From NCBI GenBank assembly GCA_039811685.1, contig JBDHZC010000002.1, positions 384,001 to 448,000 of the forward strand: 64,000 nt of DNA. Direction: 5' to 3'. Below, piece after piece: positions 9,967-19,178 of the stretch. The notes under the pieces were generated by a model. It made no database searches and was not told where the DNA came from. It saw nothing but the letters and a program-made list of their open reading frames with translations. Numbering within the stretch: the first letter of the stretch is position 1; each line of letters opens with the position of its first letter. The DNA comes from Armatimonadota bacterium (GTDB taxonomy: Bacteria > Armatimonadota > UBA5829 > DSUL01). The position numbers were made by a program, and so were the translations under genes.

Positions 9967-10082
9967 GAATACAGACTCCTCCTTTTAGAAACCTTTCACA
10001 TTTTGAGAGAACGGGACGCATGCTGAGAGTCTCCCCTGGACGCGGAGCTCCAAAACCGGGCGACATATTCTCTTCGGTACCC

Positions 10083-10111
10083 AGTATCTCACAGTGCCAC
10101 GAATATGTAAA
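10083..10111 (-). promoter_or_regulatory. Sigma70-type promoter for the 857-aa gene
   Basis: TTTACA-N17-GATACT with TG extension, in an AT-richer intergenic region. Confidence 0.5.
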
Positions 10112-10433
10112 GATAATGCGACAAATAATGGCCTATTCTGACATGTTTTTTCTGTGACCAAAAACAACCCGGCAGTTGACGGACAACAAACGAAGGAAAT
10201 CAGCCGTTCCAAACAGGCGACCACGGGACAGCCGAGAACGCTGCGGCCGTGTACCGGCAGCAGAAAACGGTTTCAGAGGAATCGTAATGGAGTGGCTGCA
10301 AGTCTTGGACGTTAGCAAACGCACGAGGTGATCAGAAGAACTAACGGCCAGGTACCGCCGTTCCAGGCGACGGCTTCGACAGGTTGTGCCCTTCTCGCCC
10401 TTACCCGTTTTACGGTGCGGCGCGAACCGAGGC

Positions 10434-12191
10434 TCAGGCCACGCGGCTGATGGTCTGGCGCGCAATCTCCAGGTTGTTCGCCGCTTCAGGAAAGTCCGGC
10501 TCCAGCGCCAACGCTCTCTCCCAATTCTGAATCGCCAGCTCCAGGCGTCCAGATCGCACACATGCGTTGCCAGCGGCGAAGAAACCCGCCGCGTTGTTCG
10601 GGTCCAACTCGAGGGCCAGCGAGTAAAGATGCGCGGCATCCTCGTAAGCGCCTGCCCGGTACAGCGCATCGCCAGCGCCGAAGTATGGCTCCGCCCACGC
10701 CGGATTTGATGAGATTGCCCTCTCAAAGCACTTCAGAGCGCCGCGTACGTCCGCGCAAGCAGCACGCAGACGCCCCGCCTCCATCTGAATGTCCCCGCTT
10801 TCCGGCTCTGAAGAGACGGCTTTTTCCGCTTCCTCAAGCGCTTCCTCGGGCCTGTTCAGCTCAAGCAAAAGAAAACCCCGCCGGATGTGACTCTGAGCGC
10901 AGTCCGGTTGAACCTCGAGCAGGCGGTTGGCCATCTGCAAAGCGTCTCTCGTCCGATCCGCGTCGGTGAACACGGAGATTGAGAGTGTCAGGGCGTCAAT
11001 GTGATACGGGTGAAGCCTCAGCGCTTCCTGAAGCAGCTCCACCGCCTCCTGAACCCCACCCTTCAGGTGTTCCAGACAGGCTAGCAGGACGTAAGGCTCC
11101 GGCTGATCAGAGGCGTTCGCGAGCGCCTCGCGGGCGTGCGGCGTCGCTTCGTCCAGATCTCCGTTCTCCAGCAGCGCAAGCGCCAGTCCCATGGAAGCCC
11201 TGTAGCCAGCAATCCCAGGATCACAACCGAAGGGGTCTCTGGAGGGAGAACGGGCGAGATCGCGCGCTTCGGCAAAAGCCGCCGCCGCGGGCGGGAAATC
11301 GCCCAGTCCCATCTGACACCAGCCTTCCGCGAAAGACAACTCCGGGCTGGCCATTCCAAGGCGGCGGGCGTTGTCCGCCATCGCCGCTCCCACCTCGGGC
11401 GCGCCCAGTTCGCGCTGGCAAACGATCAGGAGCGCATAGATGGCGCAGGCCAGAGACGACGGGAGCTCTACATAGTCAGCCGCCAGCGAAAGATACTCCT
11501 CGGCCCCACTTAGATCTCCCGATCCATAATACTCCAGACCCAGCTCATAGAGCAGCTCCGCGTCTTTGGGGTAAGAGGCGAGCGCGCTCTTCAAACGCTT
11601 CACGTTGCGGTGAAACTCACCTGAAGGCTCAGGCGACTGCGCGTAGCCGTCGTGCAACAGACCGACGCGATCAAGAGCGCGAACGCATCCTTGCGTTCCA
11701 GGAGGAATAGATGCCAGGAAAGCCTTGTCATCCAGCTCCAGAGCCCAGCTTTTGCGTACAAGCCGGCAAGCGCGCCGCATGAACCCTTCCTGCGGTTGTG
11801 GCGGGGTGGAGCAGTTGCGGACCCATACTGAGAAGGCGTCAACTCCTGGCGCCGGGAGCGCTTTGCGGATCTGAGAGACAGACAAGGGCGCAAGCCACTC
11901 ATCGGATTCAATCCAGAAGACCCATTCGCCCTGACATTGCTCCAGAGCTGCGCGAAAAAGAAGGGCACGGTTGCTGGAAGCGCGGGCGCCAAGCACTTTT
12001 GCGCCGTACGTGGAGGCTGCGGCCCGCGCCAGCCCGTCTCGAGGCCGTGTGTCAACCACAACAATGTCTTCGGCGAGACTTGAGGCGCTCTTGAGCGCGC
12101 GCTCTATGGTCAGGCGGTTGTGGTCGGCGACGACGATCGCCGAAAGTTCAGCGGCACTCGGTGTATCGGTCTCTACCTTGGCTGTTTTCAT
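10434..12191 (-). CDS. Glycosyltransferase family 2-like domain (degenerate) + multiple TPR repeats
   Basis: DIVVVDT, WVFWIESDEWL, LLHDGY, then TPR repeats (ALELDPNNA..GNA, ALALEPDFPEAANNL). Confidence 0.8.
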   Translation of the reverse strand: MKTAKVETDTPSAAELSAIVVADHNRLTIERALKSASSLAEDIVVVDTRPRDGLARAAASTYGAKVLGARASSNRALLFRAALEQCQGEWVFWIESDEWLAPLSVSQIRKALPAPGVDAFSVWVRNCSTPPQPQEGFMRRACRLVRKSWALELDDKAFLASIPPGTQGCVRALDRVGLLHDGYAQSPEPSGEFHRNVKRLKSALASYPKDAELLYELGLEYYGSGDLSGAEEYLSLAADYVELPSSLACAIYALLIVCQRELGAPEVGAAMADNARRLGMASPELSFAEGWCQMGLGDFPPAAAAFAEARDLARSPSRDPFGCDPGIAGYRASMGLALALLENGDLDEATPHAREALANASDQPEPYVLLACLEHLKGGVQEAVELLQEALRLHPYHIDALTLSISVFTDADRTRDALQMANRLLEVQPDCAQSHIRRGFLLLELNRPEEALEEAEKAVSSEPESGDIQMEAGRLRAACADVRGALKCFERAISSNPAWAEPYFGAGDALYRAGAYEDAAHLYSLALELDPNNAAGFFAAGNACVRSGRLELAIQNWERALALEPDFPEAANNLEIARQTISRVA

Positions 12192-12247
12192 CTCTGACTC
12201 GTGTGCTCCGAAACTTTCAAGTGTTTACGGTGGACTAACTATTGTAG

Positions 12248-12275
12248 TTATCGGCGCACAGGGTGAGCTTTCGTA
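12248..12275 (-). promoter_or_regulatory. Candidate sigma28 (FliA) promoter for the GT2-TPR gene
   Basis: Perfect GCCGATAA -10 (12255..12248); weak TACG -35 at N16; an adjacent TACAAT could instead be a sigma70 -10. Confidence 0.5.
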
Positions 12276-12440
12276 GAGTGGCCAGCGCTTTTGACACGCG
12301 TCATAATAGCGCTCCGAGGGATTTCATCCCGCCGAGCCCGCCTGGCAACGGCTGACTTATCTCTTGTCAGCCCACTGAACTTTCCGCGCAGAGTCCATGC
12401 CATTCCGGCAAATTTGCTGTTCTCGCGCACGAATGGCAAA

Positions 12441-12449
12441 TGCTATAAT
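12441..12449 (+). promoter_or_regulatory. Extended -10 promoter TGcTATAAT
   Basis: Perfect extended -10, ~65 nt upstream of ATG 12513. Confidence 0.6.
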
Positions 12450-12512
12450 GGATTTGGAGGAGGTTCCGCAGGGCTGGGAATTTCAGCACCTTAGAGAGGA
12501 ACTCCAGGAACA

Positions 12513-13280
12513 ATGCCGTTCAAAATGGGCGCAGTATTCGCTCTGGTTCTGACCGCGCTTTGCCCGGCGTTCGGCGGACCGGTGAATTACACCCTCAGAA
12601 ACTTCGGTGTCCCGACACATGTCGTTACCGTTGACCTCTCCAGCCCCTATGTGAGCGTGAGAGCGCAGGTCGCCGCTGGTGGAATAGGAACTACCGAGTC
12701 TTTTCACTCCATGCTCCGGCGCACGCGGCCGGTGGCGGCGGTAACGGGCACGTTTTTCGACCCGAAAACGAAACTTCCGATTGGTGACATCGCTGTAGAT
12801 GGGCAACTCATTTGCAGGGGCATGATCGGCGACGGAATTTGCTTCACAAAAGGTGGTCAGCTTGAGATAGTCTCCCGAGCTGACGGCGTGGCAAACAACT
12901 GGCAGAATTACGACGCAGTCGTCTGCGGAGGCCCGACGCTGCTCATGGATGGTCAGTGGGCGCTATATCCCAGAGATCAAGGCTTCCGGGACCCCGCGCT
13001 CTTTGCGAAAAGGCCGCGCACCGCCGTCGGACATACGTACAACAACAAGATGGTGCTGGTCTCGGTCAACAGGCCAATACATCTGCGCACGCTGGGCAAG
13101 ATTATGCAGAAGCTGGGGTGCAAGGACGCAGTTTCGCTGGACGGCGGCTCCTCCACGGGCTTGTGGTTCAACGGCCGCATTCTCTCCGAGCCTGCCAGGC
13201 GTCTGACGAATGTAGTAGCGGTGCATATCAACAATCCACTGCGGGGCCAGGTGGCCTCCGGGCCGGTTTCCCGCAGCTAG
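12513..13280 (+). CDS. Phosphodiester glycosidase (NAGPA/DUF2233) family secreted protein
   Basis: Signal peptide; AAVTGTFF, GGPTLL, RPRTAVG, SLDGGSST. Confidence 0.88.
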   Translation: MPFKMGAVFALVLTALCPAFGGPVNYTLRNFGVPTHVVTVDLSSPYVSVRAQVAAGGIGTTESFHSMLRRTRPVAAVTGTFFDPKTKLPIGDIAVDGQLICRGMIGDGICFTKGGQLEIVSRADGVANNWQNYDAVVCGGPTLLMDGQWALYPRDQGFRDPALFAKRPRTAVGHTYNNKMVLVSVNRPIHLRTLGKIMQKLGCKDAVSLDGGSSTGLWFNGRILSEPARRLTNVVAVHINNPLRGQVASGPVSRS

Positions 13281-13337
13281 GACACGCGCACAGAGCGCAA
13301 CAACAGTTTGTATGGCCGGCAGTTAGCGCCGGCAACG

Positions 13338-13381
13338 AGAAAGGCCGTCCCGAATATGTTCGAGACGGCCTTCGAGTTTTT
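13338..13381. terminator. Bidirectional terminator between convergent genes
   Basis: AAGGCCGTC(C)CGAA-TATG-TTCG(A)GACGGCCTT stem, T-rich tails on both strands. Confidence 0.7.
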
Positions 13382-13417
13382 GCACGCACCAGAAAAACCT
13401 GGTCTGGAACCCAAAAC

Positions 13418-14020
13418 CTAGCGGGCTTCTGCTCGCAGGTCCCTGGATGGGGTGACGGCCTTATCCGAGTTCAGCGGACAGTCTTCGCCGGTCGTGCAGT
13501 TTGCGGCCATGCCACAGTGGCCCATAAGGCCGGTTGTCCATAAGGCGTAGCTGGCATGAGAGGCGCCATTGCCACGGTACGTTGCCGCAGAAGCGCGCAG
13601 CAGCTCAGCATAAGCCCCACCGGCTTTTACGGCCAGATTCCGTACTTCAGCATCCCTGGCGCCAGCCTCCACAGCTTTGGCCACGGCGGCATTAGCCTGA
13701 GAAAAGCTGACCATCGCCTTGCGGACACCAGCCGGAACGTCGGTCATGGCCGCTGCGGAGGCGTTTACGCCACTCTTCTGCGCGCAGCAGGCATCCTGTG
13801 TTGCGGCCGCAGACTTCGAATACGCGCACTGGCCGGCTGCTTTCGAAGCACTGTCGGCTGTCATCGCTACCGGCTGAGCGGCGGCCGTAGCGCTGGCCTT
13901 TGTCGCGCAGCACCCTTCACCGCCGGCAGTCGCCTGACGGGAAGTGCTCGTGAGACCTGCTCCCACCAGCACTGCTGCCACGCCCAGCGCTGCAAACACG
14001 GACTTGTTCGATGTTGGCAT
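13418..14020 (-). CDS. Secreted Cys-rich hypothetical protein
   Basis: GGAG RBS; signal peptide; GCCA, ACCA, HCGMAANC..EDC. Confidence 0.7.
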   Translation of the reverse strand: MPTSNKSVFAALGVAAVLVGAGLTSTSRQATAGGEGCCATKASATAAAQPVAMTADSASKAAGQCAYSKSAAATQDACCAQKSGVNASAAAMTDVPAGVRKAMVSFSQANAAVAKAVEAGARDAEVRNLAVKAGGAYAELLRASAATYRGNGASHASYALWTTGLMGHCGMAANCTTGEDCPLNSDKAVTPSRDLRAEAR

Positions 14021-14094
14021 TGTCTAAACTCCTATTGGAAAGTGGATACGGTTGTGAGGAAGCGCGGATTTGGTGCACCCTCCAGTCTTGATAC

Positions 14095-14120
14095 TACGTC
14101 CCTGAGGTAGCCCAGGTTCC
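14095..14120 (-). promoter_or_regulatory. Candidate ECF sigma promoter
   Basis: GGAACC-N16-CGTA on the minus strand; a TATAAT also lies at 14158..14153. Confidence 0.45.
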
Positions 14121-14345
14121 GCAAGAAGAGACCGCAGGCTGCCCTGCTATGCATTATACCTCACTGGCTGCGTGCGGAACTAACGCAACGTCACCCTGTA
14201 GCCGTCTGAACCTTCCTGCAGCGCACAGGAACCCCGCTGGCTCACCGCAGCGTTGAAACAGGCGGCGCGATCGGAAGCACTGAAACTGCAGGACGGCAGA
14301 CTGGAAAGCAATCCAGCCCGTAGCGTTGGGGATCACGCATTCGAG

Positions 14346-14756
14346 ATGGCGGACGTTGGAAGGATTTTCGAAATGACAAAGACCGAGGAAGAGTGGCGTC
14401 AGAGACTGACACCGGAGCAGTACCGCGTCTGCCGCGAGAAAGGCACGGAAGCTCCGTTTACAGGCAAATACTGGGACAATCACGAGACGGGTGATTATCT
14501 CTGCGTTGCGTGTGGGCAGAAGTTGTTTGCGTCAGACACGAAGTTCGACTCGGGCAGCGGATGGCCCAGCTTCTACAAACCAGTGGATGAGCAAGCGGTG
14601 AGCGCACAGGACGATGGCAGTCACGGAATGTCGCGCACAGAAGTCCTATGCCGAGGGTGCGGCTCACACCTCGGACACGTCTTTCCAGACGGCCCGGAGC
14701 CGACGGGGCTGCGCTACTGCATCAACTCTGTAGCCCTGGATTTCCAGAAACAGTAA
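14346..14756 (+). CDS. msrB: Peptide-methionine (R)-S-oxide reductase
   Basis: GTEAPFTG, CxxC pairs, [27 protein letters not shown]. Confidence 0.96.
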   Translation: MADVGRIFEMTKTEEEWRQRLTPEQYRVCREKGTEAPFTGKYWDNHETGDYLCVACGQKLFASDTKFDSGSGWPSFYKPVDEQAVSAQDDGSHGMSRTEVLCRGCGSHLGHVFPDGPEPTGLRYCINSVALDFQKQ

Positions 14757-14773
14757 AACCCTGAGCGGCCTTT

Positions 14774-16087
14774 TCAGAAAATGCGGCTGATGGGGCGATT
14801 GAGCGCAGCGAGCACACTGGCAGCGGCGGCGCGATGGGTATCGTTGCGCCGGACTACGGCAACTCCGTAGCAGGGCAGTATCTCACGGGCGCTGGCCAGC
14901 AGAGCGGTGGCGATAATGACGACGCTCTTATCCGGCAGCGTAAACTCTGAGACATCTTCCACTGCAACATGGTGACCCTCTGGAAGCGCCTGTTGAACAG
15001 CGCCTGCGCAAACGTCAGCCGCCAATCGAAGAGAAGAGCGCAGTGTACCCAGGCCACTGAGCTGATGCCGGTAGACGTCCTCACCTCGCGTCAAGGTGAC
15101 GTGGAAGCTGGCCTGCGAACCAGCAGAAGAGTAACCAATCTCTTTGAGTTCAAAGCGTGCGGGCGGCGCGGTCTGGGCAGGCGCAGAGGCTCCAGTAGCT
15201 TCGACAGGTAAACCAGCCTGTGACCCAGCGGCTTTTGCGGTAGCTGCGGACTCTTCTTCTGCGCGGCGCTTGTCCTGCTTCATGCGCGTGCACTCTCTGC
15301 TTGCGCGGTTGAGGAGATCGTCAATGGTGGCGGCGTAGTGCGTGTCCTCACGCTCCCGGGTTCTGCGTCCGCCTGAGACGCCGAAAGAGATGGACAGCTC
15401 CTCCTCCAGTCCTTCGACGTGCAGCCTCGAAACCGCCTGCTGTGCAATTTCAGCCAGTTCCCGGGACTCAGCGTGGGTGCGCATCGTCGCAATTACGAAC
15501 TCATCTCCCCCCATCCGGCACAGCATATCCCGGGACGAATCTTCCAGCCCCTTCAGGACAGATGTCAGAGCCTTGAGCACCGAATCTCCCATTATGTGGC
15601 CGTACTTCTTGTTGAACTTGCCGAAGAGATCGATATCGAAGAAGATAACCGAGATCTCCTCACCGGCGTGAAGTCTGGCGCGCGCCCACTCGCGCAGGGT
15701 GTCCGACCAGGGTAGCGCAGTGAGAGGGTCAAACGACTTCCCGAGTTCCGGGATAATGTCCGTGTGCGTGACGATGCCAGCCAGACTTCCCTCCTCCTCC
15801 ACGAGAAGCCTGGTGACGCCGGACTCCGCCATCTTGTCCGCCGCCTTGTGCACTGGCGTATCTGGCGCAACGGTCACGAAGTCCCGCTGCATAACCTCTT
15901 CCACCGCAATGGACGGATCGCATCCCAGCAAATCCGCACGCTGAACCAGCCCGATCAGCGCCTCGCCATTGACGACCGGCAGCGCGCCAATCTGGTGTCC
16001 CTTCATCAGCACGACCGCAGTCTTTACCGTACTGGCAGGGTGAATCGTGACAATGTCCTGGCTCATGATGTCCCGGACAGTCTTCAT
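14774..16087 (-). CDS. CBS pair + GGDEF domain + C-terminal LeuA-regulatory-like domain protein
   Basis: VRDIM..IGALPVV CBS pair; FFDID..GH..GD..RMGGDEF; C-terminal AAASVLAALNR. Confidence 0.85.
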   Translation of the reverse strand: MKTVRDIMSQDIVTIHPASTVKTAVVLMKGHQIGALPVVNGEALIGLVQRADLLGCDPSIAVEEVMQRDFVTVAPDTPVHKAADKMAESGVTRLLVEEEGSLAGIVTHTDIIPELGKSFDPLTALPWSDTLREWARARLHAGEEISVIFFDIDLFGKFNKKYGHIMGDSVLKALTSVLKGLEDSSRDMLCRMGGDEFVIATMRTHAESRELAEIAQQAVSRLHVEGLEEELSISFGVSGGRRTREREDTHYAATIDDLLNRASRECTRMKQDKRRAEEESAATAKAAGSQAGLPVEATGASAPAQTAPPARFELKEIGYSSAGSQASFHVTLTRGEDVYRHQLSGLGTLRSSLRLAADVCAGAVQQALPEGHHVAVEDVSEFTLPDKSVVIIATALLASAREILPCYGVAVVRRNDTHRAAAASVLAALNRPISRIF

Positions 16088-16210
16088 GAATGCGCGAGGT
16101 CCTTTCCGCAGTGGAGAGAGAGTCAGTGGAAACAGCGCAGCCCGGCGTAAATATCGCAGCTGAACAGTCTCAGGACAGCCGCGCCGCCCGCGCGCAATTT
16201 TCCCACCTCA

Positions 16211-16219
16211 ACTATAGCA
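16211..16219 (-). promoter_or_regulatory. Extended -10 promoter TGcTATAGT
   Basis: Upstream of the CBS-GGDEF gene. Confidence 0.45.
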
Positions 16220-16387
16220 CGCCGCAGCCGCTTGCCAGAACTCGAAAAGATACGGGTTTTGGACGATCTGAGGGCGGAAGACGTTTTCTACAGCCGGGAC
16301 TAGCCGCGCCGGGATACGCTGACGCGCCGCTGTCCTAATGGCAGCGGATAGCGACCATTACGGCCACAGCGTGAAACAAGAAGTGAA

Positions 16388-17062
16388 TCAATCCATCTGC
16401 GAGATCAGGTGACGGACGTCTTCGTTCAGAAATTGATACGCGCTGTCCATCATCGTCTCGACCGGATCAACTCCGGAGATAGGGTTCGCTCCGAACTGCA
16501 CATCCAGCTCGACGTAGAGTTGCGACAGGTCGGAGAAGAACGGCTCTATGCGCAGATCGTAGGCGCCGTTGTTGCTGTGCGTAACCAGGCGCATCCCGCA
16601 CCCTTTGCGCTCCCCTGAAAGCTGATTGAGTTGCGTCTTGAATGCGGAGAAGACCGAGTTCTCAAGCAGGGCCGCTGCTCCCGCGTCTTCCACCGGCATG
16701 AATGAGGTCAGCTTCACGCCAAAGGTCAGAAACTGCTGGATATTCAGGTTTTCTGACACCATCTCAAAGACCTGCAGGGTCTTTTCCTTAGTCAGCTCAA
16801 AGTGAAAAATGTTGGCATCATTGATTTGGAGACGTCCGGCTTCTCCCGGGTTGTTCTGGCCAGGAGCGGAGCCCATCGTGATGATGCAGTCATTCTCAGG
16901 ATTATACATCCGCACGCCATTGGGGAGATGCTGTAGATTCTGGTAGGGAAACTGCTCTGTGACTGCGGCATACAGCCGGTTCATTTCGGACGCCTCAAAC
17001 GGACGGCCGGGGAAAAGCAGTCCTGCGGTCATGCGGCGGGCATTCAGCAATTCTGTGTTCAT
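16388..17062 (-). CDS. Hypothetical protein (possibly TIGR04255-like)
   Basis: 224-aa ORF with GGAG RBS and TGaTAGAAT upstream; alpha/beta pattern ending YVELDV. Confidence 0.65.
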   Translation of the reverse strand: MNTELLNARRMTAGLLFPGRPFEASEMNRLYAAVTEQFPYQNLQHLPNGVRMYNPENDCIITMGSAPGQNNPGEAGRLQINDANIFHFELTKEKTLQVFEMVSENLNIQQFLTFGVKLTSFMPVEDAGAAALLENSVFSAFKTQLNQLSGERKGCGMRLVTHSNNGAYDLRIEPFFSDLSQLYVELDVQFGANPISGVDPVETMMDSAYQFLNEDVRHLISQMD

Positions 17063-17208
17063 TGTGGCAAACGCGCTCCCGGTAAAATTCCTCTACTACA
17101 CCCGCATTCTATCATGTGAGCGCACAATTTCCACGCATCTGAGCGTGGGAACGGCACATACTCGACGCGCGTTTGTTGCACAAAAGCTCTCACGAGGAAA
17201 AGCAAAGA

Positions 17209-17625
17209 ATGGAACTCCGCGAAAGATTGACGAATATCGGCCTGTTGTGGTTGCGTGTACTGACCGGACTGGGGATTGCCAGTCATGGCTACCAGAAGCT
17301 CTTTGGCGGCATCATGCCGCAGTTCATGGAAGGTGTGGCGAAGCTCGGCCTGCCGGCGGCAGGTTTTTTTGCGCACGCTGCTGGCGCTTCAGAGTTCTTC
17401 GGCGGGCTTCTGATCGCGCTAGGGCTGTTCACACGCGTTGGCGCTGTCTTCGTGTTCTTCACTATGAGCGTTGCAGCCTTTCACGCCCACGCCGGAACTC
17501 CGTTCTCGGAGCGGGAGCTGCCGCTGGCCTACTGGACAGTCTCCTCCGCCCTGATCCTGCTCGGTGCGGGAAGGTGCTCTCTGGACTGGCTGTTCTTTGG
17601 AAGGGGCCGCGCCGGAAAGAGCTGA
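17209..17625 (+). CDS. DoxX family membrane protein
   Basis: LLWLRV..HGYQKL, EFFGGLLIALGLFTR, GAGRCSLD. Confidence 0.9.
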   Translation: MELRERLTNIGLLWLRVLTGLGIASHGYQKLFGGIMPQFMEGVAKLGLPAAGFFAHAAGASEFFGGLLIALGLFTRVGAVFVFFTMSVAAFHAHAGTPFSERELPLAYWTVSSALILLGAGRCSLDWLFFGRGRAGKS

Positions 17626-17731
17626 TCTGTCCGGCAGGCTTTTGACGCCCAGCGCATAAGTGGCACGCAAGCGCCCCGCGAACGAACTCACAAAGAGTGT
17701 CAGACTCACGCGGGCGCCGAACGGAGTCACT

Positions 17732-18979
17732 ATGGGAATCATGTATTGCTTTGCTGTTGTGGCCTTGATGGCGATGCCGGCCCGCGCATTTGCCGGAAAC
17801 CCACCACAACACCCTGCATCGCTGGACGTGATGGACTACGGCGCAAAAGGCGACGGAAAGTCCGATGACACGTCTGCTTTTCAGAAGGCGATAGACGAGG
17901 CCAACGCCCTTGGCGGATGCGTTGTGACAGTACCGCGAGGTGACTTTCTCATCAAGGGACATCTCACGGTCAAAGACAATGTCGTCTTGAAAGGTGTCTT
18001 CGAAGCCCCCACAGCACGGACTCAGATGAAAGGCAGCACGCTGCTGGCCGTGGAGGGAGCAGGGAGCGAAAACGGCGAGCCTTTCATTACACTGAAGACC
18101 AATGGAACGCTGAAAGGGCTGACCATTCACTATCCGGAACAGTCTTCCGACAGCCCGAAACCCTATCCCTGGACCGTGCGGGGCGATGGTGACAACTGTT
18201 CCATCGTGGATGTGCTGATGACCAACCCGTGGAACGCCGTGGACTTTGGAACACTCCCGGCAGGGCGGCACTACATCAAGGGGCTTTACGCCCAGCCGCT
18301 CCACACAGGTATCTTTATTGATAAGTGCTTCGATGTGGGACGCGTGGAAGACGTACACCTCTGGCCATTCTGGGATGTGAGCGAAAAGATGCAGAAGTAC
18401 CTTGCCGCAAACGCGACCGCGTTTGTGATCGGACGCACGGACTGGGAGTATATGCTGAACTGCTTCTGCATCTTCTACAAGGTCGGCTTCCATTTTGTGG
18501 CGAATGCCGATGGCCCTGGCAACTGCGTGATACTGAATTCCGGGTCGGACGTGGGCCCGACCGCGGTGCTTGTGGACGCGGTGCAGGATCATGCCGGTGT
18601 GGCGTTCACGAACTGCCAGTTTATGACAGGCGTGCGCATCAGTCCGGGCAACAAAGGACCGGTGAAGTTCACAAGCTGCGGGTTCTGGGGAATCCCTGGA
18701 GCGAAAAATCACGCCGTGCTGGAAGGACAGGGACAGACGAGCTTTGTCAACTGCCACTTCACGTGGGCGCACTACGACAATTCCGCGCCGACGATTCTGG
18801 CAAAGGGCGGCGGCCTTCTTGTGAATGGCTGTGACTTTATGGATAGTGAGAAGACGCAGATTGTGCTGGAGAAGGGCGTGGAGTCGGCCATCATCACCTC
18901 CAATCGCCTGCGCGGCGGAGAAAAGATCACCAACAACACCGAAGGCGACGTCCAGATCGGACTCAACAGCAAAAAGTAA
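17732..18979 (+). CDS. Secreted beta-helix protein (pectate lyase 3 / GH28-related N-terminus)
   Basis: Signal peptide; DVMDYGAKGDGKSDDTSAFQKAID; NCxF beta-helix repeats. Confidence 0.85.
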   Translation: MGIMYCFAVVALMAMPARAFAGNPPQHPASLDVMDYGAKGDGKSDDTSAFQKAIDEANALGGCVVTVPRGDFLIKGHLTVKDNVVLKGVFEAPTARTQMKGSTLLAVEGAGSENGEPFITLKTNGTLKGLTIHYPEQSSDSPKPYPWTVRGDGDNCSIVDVLMTNPWNAVDFGTLPAGRHYIKGLYAQPLHTGIFIDKCFDVGRVEDVHLWPFWDVSEKMQKYLAANATAFVIGRTDWEYMLNCFCIFYKVGFHFVANADGPGNCVILNSGSDVGPTAVLVDAVQDHAGVAFTNCQFMTGVRISPGNKGPVKFTSCGFWGIPGAKNHAVLEGQGQTSFVNCHFTWAHYDNSAPTILAKGGGLLVNGCDFMDSEKTQIVLEKGVESAIITSNRLRGGEKITNNTEGDVQIGLNSKK

Positions 18980-19128
18980 GCGCATCATGCCCGTGTCCTG
19001 CGCGTGAACTGTGACCAACTCAGGCGACTCTCGCGCAGGATTTTTCCCACGACTACGGCCGTCAAGGCGTCCTTGCCTGTTAGCGCAGAAAAAGTTGGAA
19101 AAGATTCCGTCGTTCTGTTAGCTATATG

Positions 19129-19171
19129 TGACTGAACAAGGGTATAATTGACCGGAATACGAATTTAGTCA
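19129..19171 (+). promoter_or_regulatory. -10 TATAAT plus putative TetR operator (TGAC-N15-GTCA)
   Basis: TATAAT 19143-19148, inverted repeat 19149-19171, extra half-site TGACTGAA at 19129. Confidence 0.6.
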
Positions 19172-19178
19172 TGGAGTC

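Noticed and set aside
14346..14756. Selenocysteine MsrB or stop-codon readthrough
   Set aside because: The catalytic residue is TGC (Cys); no in-frame TGA
17462..19018. 518-aa minus-strand ORF antisense to the beta-helix gene (likewise 3946..4839, 27425..28303, 36604..37533)
   Set aside because: Antisense shadows expected from GC-rich codon bias
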